Positions 30,094-40,034 are shown, counted from the first letter of the stretch. The stretch: 64,000 bases of DNA from Methylocystis sp. (GCF_050251305.1 NZ_JBFWNB010000001.1:65044-129043), one strand, 5' to 3'. Numbers and translations: made by a program. Notes: generated by a model from the sequence alone, not told the origin.

Positions 30094-30115
30094 TGTGGAT
30101 GCGGCGTTGATAGTG

Positions 30116-30448
30116 ATGGAGCGAGACATGGATTTCGATCGAATCAAAGGCGGTCATTTCATCCAGAATCTGCGTCGCGCGCTGCCTTTGCCGGCGCATG
30201 CGAGACCGGCGCTCATCGCTTTTCTGCGCGAACGCGGCGTCATCGCGCGCGGCGCGCCGCGACTGATCATTCTCGATGTCTTCGACGCCGGCGCGGCGGG
30301 CGGACTGATGTGCCGCTTCTCCATCGCCGATGGCGCCGAGGCTTCGAGCTTTATCGCGCCGCTCGCGCAGGTCGCGCTCGAGCGCAAACATCCGGAGCGT
30401 CCGCGCCTCCTGCGCCGCCGGCAGGCGCCGCCGTCCGGCGCGGCATGA
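30116..30448 (+). CDS. Hypothetical protein coupled (ATGA overlap) to the second TonB receptor
   Basis: Sits between the PepSY gene stop (30093) and the receptor ATG (30445); ends RRRQAPPSGAA*. Confidence 0.6.
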   Translation: MERDMDFDRIKGGHFIQNLRRALPLPAHARPALIAFLRERGVIARGAPRLIILDVFDAGAAGGLMCRFSIADGAEASSFIAPLAQVALERKHPERPRLLRRRQAPPSGAA

Positions 30449-32538
30449 GGGCGACGCTCGTCGCGCTCATATGTGTCTGCGTCGGCGCCGCCCAGACGTT
30501 CGCCGAGGAAGTGCAGGAAAAGGAACGCAAGGAGAAACTGCAAAGCGCAGGCAAGCAGCGCGGCATGGACGAGACCGACGATAAGGCGCCGAGCAAGGCG
30601 CGGAACAGGGAACGCAGCCAGATCGAACGGCGCAACGTTGCGGCGCCCAATGCGCAGACTCTGGGGCGCGATCAGAGCGGCGTCTATGTCAACGCTCCCG
30701 CGACCAACTCCGCCTTTTCGCCCGAATTCGTCATGCGCGGCTTTCCGGCGGGAGTGACGCTGTTCGACGGCGCTTCGCATGGCTTCACCGCCCAGAACGT
30801 CGATCTCTCGACCGTCGATCATGTCGAGTTCTACAAGGGCCCGAGCGCCATGCTGTTCGGCAAGGCGCTCGGCGGCTATGGCGGCGCCGCCGACTACATC
30901 CGCAAGGCGCCGGTCGAGGCGACCTTCGCCCGCGGCGCCGCGACCAAGGCCAGTTTTGCCGTCACCCGTCTCACCGCCGACGTCAACGCCCCGCTCAACG
31001 ACGACAAGAGCCTGCTGTTCCGCATGACCGGCTCGGCGCAGAGCCTGGGCGGCTTCGTCAATTTCACGCGCACGCGCAGTTTCGACATTGCGCCGATGCT
31101 GGCCTTCGCCGCAGACAATGGCGATCGTGTCAGCCTGCGCGCCGAACACAATGGCGGGCGGCTCGTCTACCGTGACGGCGTCCCTGCCGATCCGGTGTTT
31201 CTGCATGTCCCGCGCGAGTTTTACGCGGGTCTGCCGGCCAATGAACATGAGACGCCCTTCTTCGACGATGTCACGCTGCGCTATGAGCACGCCTTCGACG
31301 CCGATTGGAAACTCGCCGCGGTCGTCGATTATTTTTTCTACGCCAATCGCTGGGGGTGGTTCACGGGCTGGGGCTATGACGGCTTTCAGTCCGTCGTCTT
31401 CGGCAATCCGGTTCGCGCCCGCACCGCCAACCGCAGCTTCGACGCGCAATTGCGCCTGAACGGCCGCTTCGACACAGGCTTTCTCTCCCACGCCGTCTTT
31501 CTCGGCCTCGAACAGTGGGACTTCTATTTCGGCTACAACAATGACGTCGCCCGCTATGAAGCGGCGCCGCTCAATATCTTGGCTCCCTTCTATTCGCCGG
31601 GCGTCAGCTACGCGGGCGCCTATTGGTCGAATGGCGTCGCGCGCGCGATCAGCCGCTCGATCTATGGCCAGGATCTGATCGATCTGAACGAGAACTGGCG
31701 CATCTTGATCGGCGGACGCTACGATCTTCTGGCGCAGCGCGAACGCGTCTTCGATCCCTTCGGCGCGCTGACCGGCGACCCGACCGCGAGTCTGAGCAAA
31801 GGGACCAAAGGCTATTTCAACCCGCGCGCCGGCGTTCTCTACCGGCCGGACGAGGAGACGCAGCTCTTCGCCGCCTATGGCAAATCGCTGATCCCCAACA
31901 CCGGCGTGCGCATTCAAAGCGGCGAAGCGCCGCCGCCGCAGCAGGACACACAATATGAGCTGGGCATGCGCCACGAATTCCTGGACCGCAAGATGCGTTT
32001 CGAGGTCGGCCTCTTCGACATCACCCGCGACAATGTCGCGATCCCCAATCCGGCCAATCCGAGCGGCTTCTATTCCGTCGTCACCGGCCAGCAGCACAGT
32101 CACGGCATCGAGGTCAATCTCGGCGCCGAGATCCTGCCAAACCTCAAGATCAACGCCGTCGCCACCTTCCTGCACGCGCTTGTCTCGAAGGACGACAATA
32201 TCCCGTCGCAGCAGGGCAGCGATCTCCTGGGCGCGCCGCGGCGCGTCTATAATTTCAACGCCAGCTACGCCTTCGACTCGGGAGACTTCAAAGGACTCGA
32301 ACTCGGCGTGAGCTATTATTACGCCAGCCGCCTCGAGGCGACGCTGCCCAACACCTATGGCTTCACCCTTGCCCCGCAACAGATGCTCGGCGCGACGCTC
32401 GCCTACACCATCAACGACACTCTCAAATTCGAACTTGTCGCCGCAAATCTGACGAACCAATCCAACTGGACGTCGAACGGCGCCCTCTATCACGGGGAAC
32501 CGCGTTCAATCGCCGCAAGCGTCAGCTGTCGATATTAA
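30445..32538 (+). CDS. TonB-dependent receptor (second)
   Basis: Start reassigned to MRATLVALIC; FVMRGF, DHVEFYKGPSAMLFG, barrel strands, ends VSCRY. Confidence 0.92.
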   Translation: MRATLVALICVCVGAAQTFAEEVQEKERKEKLQSAGKQRGMDETDDKAPSKARNRERSQIERRNVAAPNAQTLGRDQSGVYVNAPATNSAFSPEFVMRGFPAGVTLFDGASHGFTAQNVDLSTVDHVEFYKGPSAMLFGKALGGYGGAADYIRKAPVEATFARGAATKASFAVTRLTADVNAPLNDDKSLLFRMTGSAQSLGGFVNFTRTRSFDIAPMLAFAADNGDRVSLRAEHNGGRLVYRDGVPADPVFLHVPREFYAGLPANEHETPFFDDVTLRYEHAFDADWKLAAVVDYFFYANRWGWFTGWGYDGFQSVVFGNPVRARTANRSFDAQLRLNGRFDTGFLSHAVFLGLEQWDFYFGYNNDVARYEAAPLNILAPFYSPGVSYAGAYWSNGVARAISRSIYGQDLIDLNENWRILIGGRYDLLAQRERVFDPFGALTGDPTASLSKGTKGYFNPRAGVLYRPDEETQLFAAYGKSLIPNTGVRIQSGEAPPPQQDTQYELGMRHEFLDRKMRFEVGLFDITRDNVAIPNPANPSGFYSVVTGQQHSHGIEVNLGAEILPNLKINAVATFLHALVSKDDNIPSQQGSDLLGAPRRVYNFNASYAFDSGDFKGLELGVSYYYASRLEATLPNTYGFTLAPQQMLGATLAYTINDTLKFELVAANLTNQSNWTSNGALYHGEPRSIAASVSCRY

Positions 32539-32745
32539 GGAATCCGGCGTCCGCAGACTCCATCGCCCGCGTCGTCATGATTGCCATTTTCCATTGCCAT
32601 TTTCCATGGCGGCGTTCGGAAAGTTCGTCATGGCGTCGGCGCCCGTCACGCGACTGTCGGCGTTTGGGACCAGCGGTCCTCCCATCGGTCACAGCGGCGG
32701 CGAGGCCGGAGCGACCCGCCGAACGTCCGACTCCAGGCGTACGCG

Positions 32746-33612
32746 CTAAGCGTCCCCTTGGCCGTCCCTCGCCTCTCGACAGGAGACGTTCTCCAATATG
32801 TCGAGAAGCGCTTCAAACCCGATCGGTTTGGTCAGCAGACCATCGAAACCGGCGTCTTTCCATAGACTGCCGGAACGCTCCACGCGCGTGGCGCTGAGAG
32901 CGATGAGGAAAGTCTTGCGGGTTTCCGGCGTCTCACGGATGCGACGCAGCGTCTCGACGACGTCGATATAGGGGATGGCGACGTCGATAAACACGAGTTG
33001 CGGAATGAATTCGTTCAGCGCGCCCACGCCGTCGGCGCCGTTGTAGGCGAGTCGCACACATGCCCCGACCGTTCCAAGAAGCAGCGCGAGACGATCCGCA
33101 GCGGCGCGATTAAGGTCGATCACGAGGGTCTTGAGCGGCGCTAAAGTCGCGACCGCGGCCGCAGGCGCCGGCTCCAGTCCATGCCTGTCGCGCTGCGCCG
33201 TAACATCATGCGCGACCCCGATGATCCGGAGCGGCCGCCCGAGTTGGTCTCGCTCGACGATTCCGAGTTCGCGGAACCAGGTCACTGCGCCATCTGGACT
33301 GAGCACCCGGATCTCGGTTTCAAACACCTCGGTCTCGCCGCGCAGCGCCGCTTCAATGTCGTCGCAAAACCTCTCTCTGTCGTCTGGATGAACGGCGTCC
33401 CGCACGGCGGCGAAACGGGTGATCATGCCTGTGCTTTGCGAAAGCTCGGACTCAAACGGATCGAAACGCCGCACGATGTCCCGCACGATGTCCCACTCAA
33501 AGCTGATCATCGGAACCGTGCGCAGCGCCAGACGGAGCGCCAGTTCATTCCGCCGCGCGCGTTCCATGCGCGCCCCATGTCCGAAATTCAATTGCCGCCT
33601 AAGGTGCGTCAT
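32746..33612 (-). CDS. PAS_3-receiver fusion protein without a kinase domain
   Basis: FEWDI...VHPDDRERF...EIRVLSPDGAVTWFRELG...IIGVAHDVT, then a REC domain (LVFIDVAIP...AGFDGLLTKP). Start uncertain. Confidence 0.8.
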   Translation of the reverse strand: MTHLRRQLNFGHGARMERARRNELALRLALRTVPMISFEWDIVRDIVRRFDPFESELSQSTGMITRFAAVRDAVHPDDRERFCDDIEAALRGETEVFETEIRVLSPDGAVTWFRELGIVERDQLGRPLRIIGVAHDVTAQRDRHGLEPAPAAAVATLAPLKTLVIDLNRAAADRLALLLGTVGACVRLAYNGADGVGALNEFIPQLVFIDVAIPYIDVVETLRRIRETPETRKTFLIALSATRVERSGSLWKDAGFDGLLTKPIGFEALLDILENVSCREARDGQGDA

Positions 33613-33678
33613 CGCAGCGTCGCCGTGGTGTCTTTTTGGTGATTGTCGCCGATTCCGCCCGGGCAATCCAATGGAATA

Positions 33679-33693
33679 TTAAGGCAATATCAA
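33679..33693. promoter_or_regulatory. CtrA-like site (TTAA-N7-TCAA)
   Basis: One mismatch to TTAA-N7-TTAA, about 70 bp upstream of the PAS-REC gene. Confidence 0.35.
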
Positions 33694-33836
33694 CCTGTTG
33701 GCCAGCATAGGCGCGCGCCGGCGGTCTGCTGGCGCGCGAACGCATTTGACCAACGCAAGCTGTTGCTCCTACGAGGATTCAACGCTCGCGCGAAGGCGGC
33801 GCCGCAGCGCGGGAGACGGCGCCGCAGCGCGAACCT

Positions 33837-36281
33837 TCAGTCGCGCATCAGCGCCCGTTGAGCCTCCTTCTCGAGGTCGGGATAGGACGCCTTCTCGACC
33901 GTAACGCCGACGCCCTGGATCGTTCCGCCGTGGAATTTGCCCGGCGTCGTGTATTCGTGGCTGACGGCGTCGCCGCTGTCATAGCCGACGCACAGGCCGT
34001 CCCCGCTCAGCGTGAACTTGCCGGCCTGCGTCTTCATCGGACCCTCGGCGACAACCTTGTCGTTCACATACAGCTTCATGCTGCCAGTGGATTCGCCATG
34101 CGGACCGGCGCCCTCCCTCGTGAACTCCATGCCCAGCGTATATTTGCCCGGCTTCAACTCCTCGCTGGACACGAAGCGCTGCTCCGGCGGGATGCCCAGG
34201 AAGTTGTACACATAGTTCAGCTTGCGATCCTTGATGAACAGCGCGTGCCCGCCGAAGCGCGAGCCATGGGCGAAGATCACGCCCGCCGCGTCGGGATCGA
34301 CGATCTCGACATTGGCCAGGATTTTGTACGAACGATTGCGGACGTTCACGGCGACGCCTTCCGGCACCGGGGCGGTGTCCGGGTAATAAACATAGCGGTC
34401 GCGCGGCGGCTCCTCGCTCGGACGCGGAATCCCAAGCTGCTCCACCGCCGTGCGGTCGTCGAGCGGCAGCACCAGATTCTTGCGCGCTTCCTCGTTCCAG
34501 GCGGCGATGAGCGACTGCAGCTTCTTGGGGTGCTTCTTCGCCAAGTCCTCAGACTCGGCCCGATCGACGTCCACGTGATAGAGCTGCCACTGATCCTGGT
34601 CGAAATGGCCCTTGCCGGTGAGCGGCGCATGAAGGGCGCTGGCGAACCACCCGTCCTCCCAGATGCCCCGGGTGCCGAGCATCGCGTAATATTGGCGATG
34701 CTTGCGCGTCGCCGCGTCCGGGGCGGCGTCGAAGGTGTATTTCATCGAGACGCCCGAGAGGGGGAACTGCTGCACGCCGCGATAGTCCTTCGGCATTTCA
34801 AGCCCGACGATTTCGAGGATCGTGGGCACGATGTCGACCGAATGGTGGTACTGGTTGCGGACCTCGCCATGCGCCTTGATGCCCTTGGGCCAGCTGATCA
34901 CCAGCGGATCGGCGGTGCCGCCGGAATATTCCGAATAGCGCTTGAACATCTGGAACGGCGTCGAAAAGGCCACCGCCCAGCCGGTCGGGAAGTGCTCGTA
35001 GGTGTCTGGCCCGCCGAGCTTGTCGTAGAGCTTCATGTTCTCGGCGATTTCGTCCGGGTAGCCGTTGAAGAATTTGTTCTCGTTGACCGACCCGTTCGGG
35101 GTGCCTTCGCCCGACGTGCCATTGTCGGCGGCGTAGAAGATCACCGTATTGTCGTACTGCCCGGTCTGCTTGAGATATTCGACGATGCGGCCGATCTGGA
35201 CGTCGGTATATTCAGAGAAGCCCGCCCAGACCTCGGCGAGACGGGCGAAGAGCTTCTTCTCGTCGGGCGACAGTGAATTCCACGGGCGGACGGCGTCGGC
35301 CTTGTTCGCCACCGATTCCGGCAGCGGGTTGACCGGCGTCAGCTTCGTGTCCTTCGGCAGGACGCCTTTTTCGATCATGCGCGCCAGCGCCCAGTCACGA
35401 TAGGCGTCGTAGCCGTCGTCGAACTTGCCCTTGTATTTGGCGATGTAATCCTGCGGCGCGTGATGCGGCGCATGATTGGCCCCCGGATTGAACCACATGA
35501 ACCAGGGCTTGGACGGATTGGTCGCCTTCTGATCGCGGATCAGAGAGATGGCGTGGTCCGCGAGATCTTTCGAGAGATGGTAGCCCTTCTCCGGGCCATA
35601 GGGCTGATCGATGAAACGATTGTCTTCGACCAGATCCGGATACCACTGATTGGTCTCTCCCCCCAGGAATCCGTAAAAGCGGTCGAAGCCGAGGGACAGA
35701 GGCCACAGCTTGCGGCTCGCGCCGGAGGCGACATCCTGCTCGGGGACGTTGTGCTCCTTGCCGAGCCAAAAGGTGCTGTAGCCGTTGTCCTGCAGGATCT
35801 GCCCGATTGTCGCCGCCTGCGGCGGAATGCGGCCGCTCGCGCCGGGGAATCCGTTCGCGCCCTCAGTGATGGCGGCCATGCCGTTCAAGTGGTGATTGCG
35901 GCCGGTCAGGATGGTCGAGCGCGTCGGCGAGCACAGGGCCGTCGTATGCCACTGGGTGTAGCGCAGCCCCTGGTCGGCGAGCTGCTGCAGCGTGGGCATG
36001 TTGATCCGACCGCCGAAGGGCGACCACGCCGCAAGACCGGTGTCGTCGTACAGAATGAACAAGATGTTCGGCGCGCCCTGCGGCGCCTTTTTCGGCAGGA
36101 ACGGCTTCCAGTCCGCGACCGAATCGCGCACGTCGAGCTTTATGACGCCCTTGAAATCCTTGTAGGGGCCAACGGGCTGCGACGGCTGTTCAGCCGCAGG
36201 CGCGGCGCCGGCGAGCGACGTCAGCGCCAGCGCCAATGAGATCGCCGTCACCAGCCGGCGACGTCTCTTCAACCCGTTCAT
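33837..36281 (-). CDS. Exported Cys-type arylsulfatase
   Basis: PNILFILYDDTG, formylglycine motif LCSPTRSTILTGR, GKEH, NHAPHH, ADNG; GGAGG RBS before the ATG at 36281. Confidence 0.95.
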   Translation of the reverse strand: MNGLKRRRRLVTAISLALALTSLAGAAPAAEQPSQPVGPYKDFKGVIKLDVRDSVADWKPFLPKKAPQGAPNILFILYDDTGLAAWSPFGGRINMPTLQQLADQGLRYTQWHTTALCSPTRSTILTGRNHHLNGMAAITEGANGFPGASGRIPPQAATIGQILQDNGYSTFWLGKEHNVPEQDVASGASRKLWPLSLGFDRFYGFLGGETNQWYPDLVEDNRFIDQPYGPEKGYHLSKDLADHAISLIRDQKATNPSKPWFMWFNPGANHAPHHAPQDYIAKYKGKFDDGYDAYRDWALARMIEKGVLPKDTKLTPVNPLPESVANKADAVRPWNSLSPDEKKLFARLAEVWAGFSEYTDVQIGRIVEYLKQTGQYDNTVIFYAADNGTSGEGTPNGSVNENKFFNGYPDEIAENMKLYDKLGGPDTYEHFPTGWAVAFSTPFQMFKRYSEYSGGTADPLVISWPKGIKAHGEVRNQYHHSVDIVPTILEIVGLEMPKDYRGVQQFPLSGVSMKYTFDAAPDAATRKHRQYYAMLGTRGIWEDGWFASALHAPLTGKGHFDQDQWQLYHVDVDRAESEDLAKKHPKKLQSLIAAWNEEARKNLVLPLDDRTAVEQLGIPRPSEEPPRDRYVYYPDTAPVPEGVAVNVRNRSYKILANVEIVDPDAAGVIFAHGSRFGGHALFIKDRKLNYVYNFLGIPPEQRFVSSEELKPGKYTLGMEFTREGAGPHGESTGSMKLYVNDKVVAEGPMKTQAGKFTLSGDGLCVGYDSGDAVSHEYTTPGKFHGGTIQGVGVTVEKASYPDLEKEAQRALMRD

Positions 36282-36856
36282 CGTGCCTCCTTTGCCGGGG
36301 ATTGCTCCCTCTTGGCCTGTTAAGCGTTGGGCGCCCGGTTCAATTCTCAAGATAGAGCAATCTGGCAAATCAGCATGCCCGCGCAGCAATCACCATGGCA
36401 AGCTGAATGGCACCAACCGCCGCCCTTGCCCAGCCGCATGGCCTTGCGCCGATAGGGAAATCCGGAAGGCGTTCAGGCGGTTGGGCGAGATTCGCGAAAT
36501 CGAACTTCATAAACGAACGCCGGCGCAAGGGCGTGCGACGCGGCGTCCGATCCAGCCGACGCGATCTCCCCGGACCTGTGAGCAACGCTCCGGAAACAGC
36601 CCGCGCGGCGCGTCTGAGCGCGAAAGAAGGTTCAACGTCGCGTTTGCGAAAATTCAAAAAAGGCGCTGGAGCAGGCGCTTAAGAAGGGGAGCGTCATCCA
36701 GCCCGGACTGACGCCTCCGGGACTGCGTCACGCTCTCGGCGCGAGACTCGGAGATTTCGGCGACGACGACCGAACGATCGGGGAGATATTGTCCGGAAAT
36801 CAGTCTCGCCGGCGCGACGCTCTCGCGAGAACGCCATACCCGCCAATGCGAGCGAA

Positions 36857-36932
36857 TGGTGCCCAGGGGCGGAATCGAACCACCGACACTGCGATTTTCA
36901 GTCGCATGCTCTACCAACTGAGCTACCTGGGC
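36857..36932 (-). tRNA. trnF: tRNA-Phe(GAA)
   Basis: GCCCAGGTAGCTCAGTTGGTAGAGCATGCGACTGAAAATCGCAGTGTCGGTGGTTCGATTCCGCCCCTGGGCACCA: cloverleaf, GAA anticodon, encoded CCA. Confidence 0.99.
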
Positions 36933-37258
36933 TCGCGCGGACGCGATGTGTCGGGGCTTATAGAAAGCGCGCCGCGACTTGTCCAGACCCGCAATGCTTG
37001 GGACCGGCAAAACTGTAGCGCGACAAATCACCTGGCCTCCCGCGACAGATCAAATGGCCGCACCCCTGAAGCGCGGCGGGGACCCTCCCTGGAAGGCTCC
37101 CGCTCGGCAAAGAAAATCTGACGAATGCGGCTCCTGACCCAGAGCGGCCAGTTCGGGTCGAAAATTTGCTTGGCAGCGGAGCAGCCACTCTGTCCAGAGC
37201 GCGGGTGCCAGCTATCGATCGTTGACGTTCTTTCCGCCGTGGACCACTACGACGCCGC

Positions 37259-38338
37259 TTAGTTACCAACGACCGGGGTTTCTGGCCGAAAGGCAAAGCG
37301 TCTCATACCGGCGTTCGTATCATGGGAAACATCCACGAGGTGCCCCTGCGGTCCTGCGATCTTCAGCACCGCCCGGAATTCGCCCTCCCTTGGCCTTTCG
37401 AACTCTTCGAGCGTGATCAGTTTGCCTAAACCCGTCTGGGATGCCTCGAAATGCGCAACAATCTGTTCGCTTCTCCAGTGAGGGTGGCTGACGACAAGTC
37501 CCTGCAGCTCATGGATATAGTTGCTCACGTAGCCACGCAGAACGCTTTCGGTGTCGACCGGCGGCTTAGCCGGCAGCGCTTCAATGCACTTAAACAACTC
37601 ACCATACCGCTCTGCCAGCCGGTCGTCGAATTCGCCGGTTGCAAGCAAGGCGATCTCTCCCGCAACGGCTTTTTTCTTGCCACCTTCATTTAGCGCGTAG
37701 CGGTGGCCTTCATACGATGGCAGGTAGTGCTCAAGCGCGCCGCCCCCCAGAAGAAAGATGTGCTTAGTCTGGAGCGCCGCCTGAACCTGGCGCAATCTTC
37801 CTTCGATGTTTGCGATCAGCTGGCGAGTCAAAACCGGCAGCAGACCGTCGCGGTTCGCCGCTATCTCCACGAGCACGGCCACACGTTGCCGCGGGAGTTT
37901 CTTGGCGTCCTCAACTAGCGTTCCAAAGTAAGTCTGAAGCGCCCCGACGGTGCCCTGCGCATCCACAGCGGTTTCGATGGCCCGAACTGCCGTGGTCAGC
38001 TCGCGGTCAAGCGCGCCACAATAGCGGGTGAAGTCGGCACCGAGCCCCAGTTCCGCAAGAAATTCGGCGATGCTCCCGTCCTCGCGAAGACACTGACGAA
38101 GACTGCCAAGGAAGAGACTGTCAAGATCGAAGAGGAAGTACGCCTGCTTACCAAAGTGGCGGCATAGCTCAACATATTTCGTTACTTCCTCGCAGCCACC
38201 AACATCGATCAGGCAACTACCGGCCGCAGTGATTGACGCCTTGCGCCGCTCCTGAATCTTTCCAAGGTTGCGGTGGAAGTTGCAGCTGCCTAAAGAATCC
38301 CCACTGTCCGATTTATGCAGCCCCAGCTTCGTCGGAAT
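37259..38338 (-). pseudogene. 5'-truncated OLD-family (TOPRIM) nuclease remnant
   Basis: The frame stays open from 38338 with no ATG/GTG until 37966. It encodes 'GSCLIDVGGCEEVTKYVELCRHFGKQAYFLFDLDSLF' (TOPRIM GG...DxD) and 'IFLLGGGALEHYLP'. No ATPase domain. A sampled 60 bp line is about 52% GC versus about 67% in glgP. Confidence 0.65.
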
Positions 38339-38834
38339 TCAAATCGACCGACGACCGCCCTTAAAAACCCCATTCCAGTTCCTAGTTTACAACTACGCTA
38401 GACTATTCCAGACTGGGCGCTCTCCTTAGATGTTTGGACCTTTCAGCCTCTTTGATGCTCACACTCTCCAACGGCCCTGACTTCCGAGTTCGCGCGCCAA
38501 GCCAAACTCTAATTCCCGCTTTTCAGGCCTTTTTCGATTTTCGAGGCGCCGCGCCGCACGAGATTTTAGGCCATTTGATCTGTCGCGGCGCATGCCGCTA
38601 TCAAAGCCCTGCGGAACGCGCCATCGCCCGCTTTTCCGGGCCATGTGACCACTCAATCCCGCGCAATCTCGCCTAAATCCGCGTAGGCCATCTGATCTGT
38701 CGCGTTACAAAAACCCGCTGTCGCGCGCGCCGGAGCATCGCGCAGCCGGCGCAACGCGGAGGGCGGCCGCCCTTGCGCGCCGCTTGCCCGCGCGCCGACC
38801 TTCGCCTAAACCGGCCTTCGACTTCGGAGGCGAG

Positions 38835-39188
38835 ATGAGCAACATCAAAAGGATCGGCGCAGGACCCCGCATGAGCCAGGCGGTCGTTCGCGGCAACGCC
38901 GTCTATACCGCCGGCCAGGTGGCGGACAAGACGAAGGGCGGATCGGTCGCCGATCAGACCCGTGAAATTCTCGCGCAGATCGACGCGCTTCTCGCCGAAG
39001 CCGGCAGCGCCAAAGCGAACATCCTGTCGACGACGATCTATCTCGCCGACATCGCGACCTTCGCCGAGATGAACAGCGTCTGGGACGAATGGGTCGACAA
39101 GGCCAATCCGCCCGCGCGCGCCACCGTCGAAGCGAAGCTGGTCGCGCCCGCCTATAAGGTAGAGATCGCCGTCATCGCGGCGCTCTAG
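38835..39188 (+). CDS. RidA/YjgF-family enamine/imine deaminase
   Basis: RMSQAV, YTAGQVA, FAEMNSVWDEW, PPARATVEAKL, VEIAVIAA; GGAGG RBS. Confidence 0.93.
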   Translation: MSNIKRIGAGPRMSQAVVRGNAVYTAGQVADKTKGGSVADQTREILAQIDALLAEAGSAKANILSTTIYLADIATFAEMNSVWDEWVDKANPPARATVEAKLVAPAYKVEIAVIAAL

Positions 39189-39257
39189 CGCATTTTTGCG
39201 CGAAAGCGGACGCAAGTCCGGCGTTGAACATGTGCGCTTAAAAACGGCGCGCTGTCA

Positions 39258-40034
39258 TCAACGCGCGCCGACGCCGCTCAGCGGATTTTCCGGATCATAG
39301 CCGTAGCGCACGGTCTCGAAACGCATGCCGTGCGCGTCGATGAGCAGCAGGCGGCCCACCAGTCCCTCGCCGAAGCCGACGATCTCGCGCACGACCTCAA
39401 GCGCCATCATGGCGCCGACGGTTCCGGCGAGCGCGCCGAGAACGCCGGCTTCCGCGCAGGTCGGGATTTCGCCCGGCTGCGGCGGGATCGGAAACAGGCA
39501 ACGATAGGTCGGGTTCGGCCCATCGGCGCCCTGCTCGAATGGCCGCAGAGTCGTCAGCGACGCGTCGAAGCCGCCGAGCGCGGCGGTGACGAGCGGCTTT
39601 CTTTCGTAAAAGCACGCGTCCGAGACGAGATAGCGCGTCGCGAAATTATCCGTGCCGTCGGCCACGATATCATAGCGCGCGATCAGCGCGCGCGCATTCG
39701 CCGCGTCGAGCCGCAGCGCATGCGGCTCGACGGCCACATGCGGATTGATGCGCGCGACGGCGTCTTGCGCGCTGTCGACCTTGGCGCGGCCGACGTCCTG
39801 CGTCGCGTGAATCACCTGACGCTGCAGATTCGACAGCGAAACGGCGTCGTCGTCGACGACGCCGAGCGCGCCGACGCCGGCCGCGGCGAGATATTGCAGC
39901 AAGGGCGCGCCGAGCCCTCCCGCGCCGACGACGAGAACGCGCGCCGCCTTGAGTTTGCTTTGCCCGGGCCCGCCGATGTCGCGCAGCACGAGATGCCGGG
40001 CGTAGCGTTCGATCTCTTCAGGCGAAAGGCTCAA
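39258..40034 (-). CDS. moeB: MoeB/ThiF-family adenylyltransferase
   Basis: RYARHLVL, VGAGGLG, SNLQRQ, DGTDNF, YRCLFP...TCAEAGVLG. Confidence 0.88.
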   Translation of the reverse strand: MSLSPEEIERYARHLVLRDIGGPGQSKLKAARVLVVGAGGLGAPLLQYLAAAGVGALGVVDDDAVSLSNLQRQVIHATQDVGRAKVDSAQDAVARINPHVAVEPHALRLDAANARALIARYDIVADGTDNFATRYLVSDACFYERKPLVTAALGGFDASLTTLRPFEQGADGPNPTYRCLFPIPPQPGEIPTCAEAGVLGALAGTVGAMMALEVVREIVGFGEGLVGRLLLIDAHGMRFETVRYGYDPENPLSGVGAR

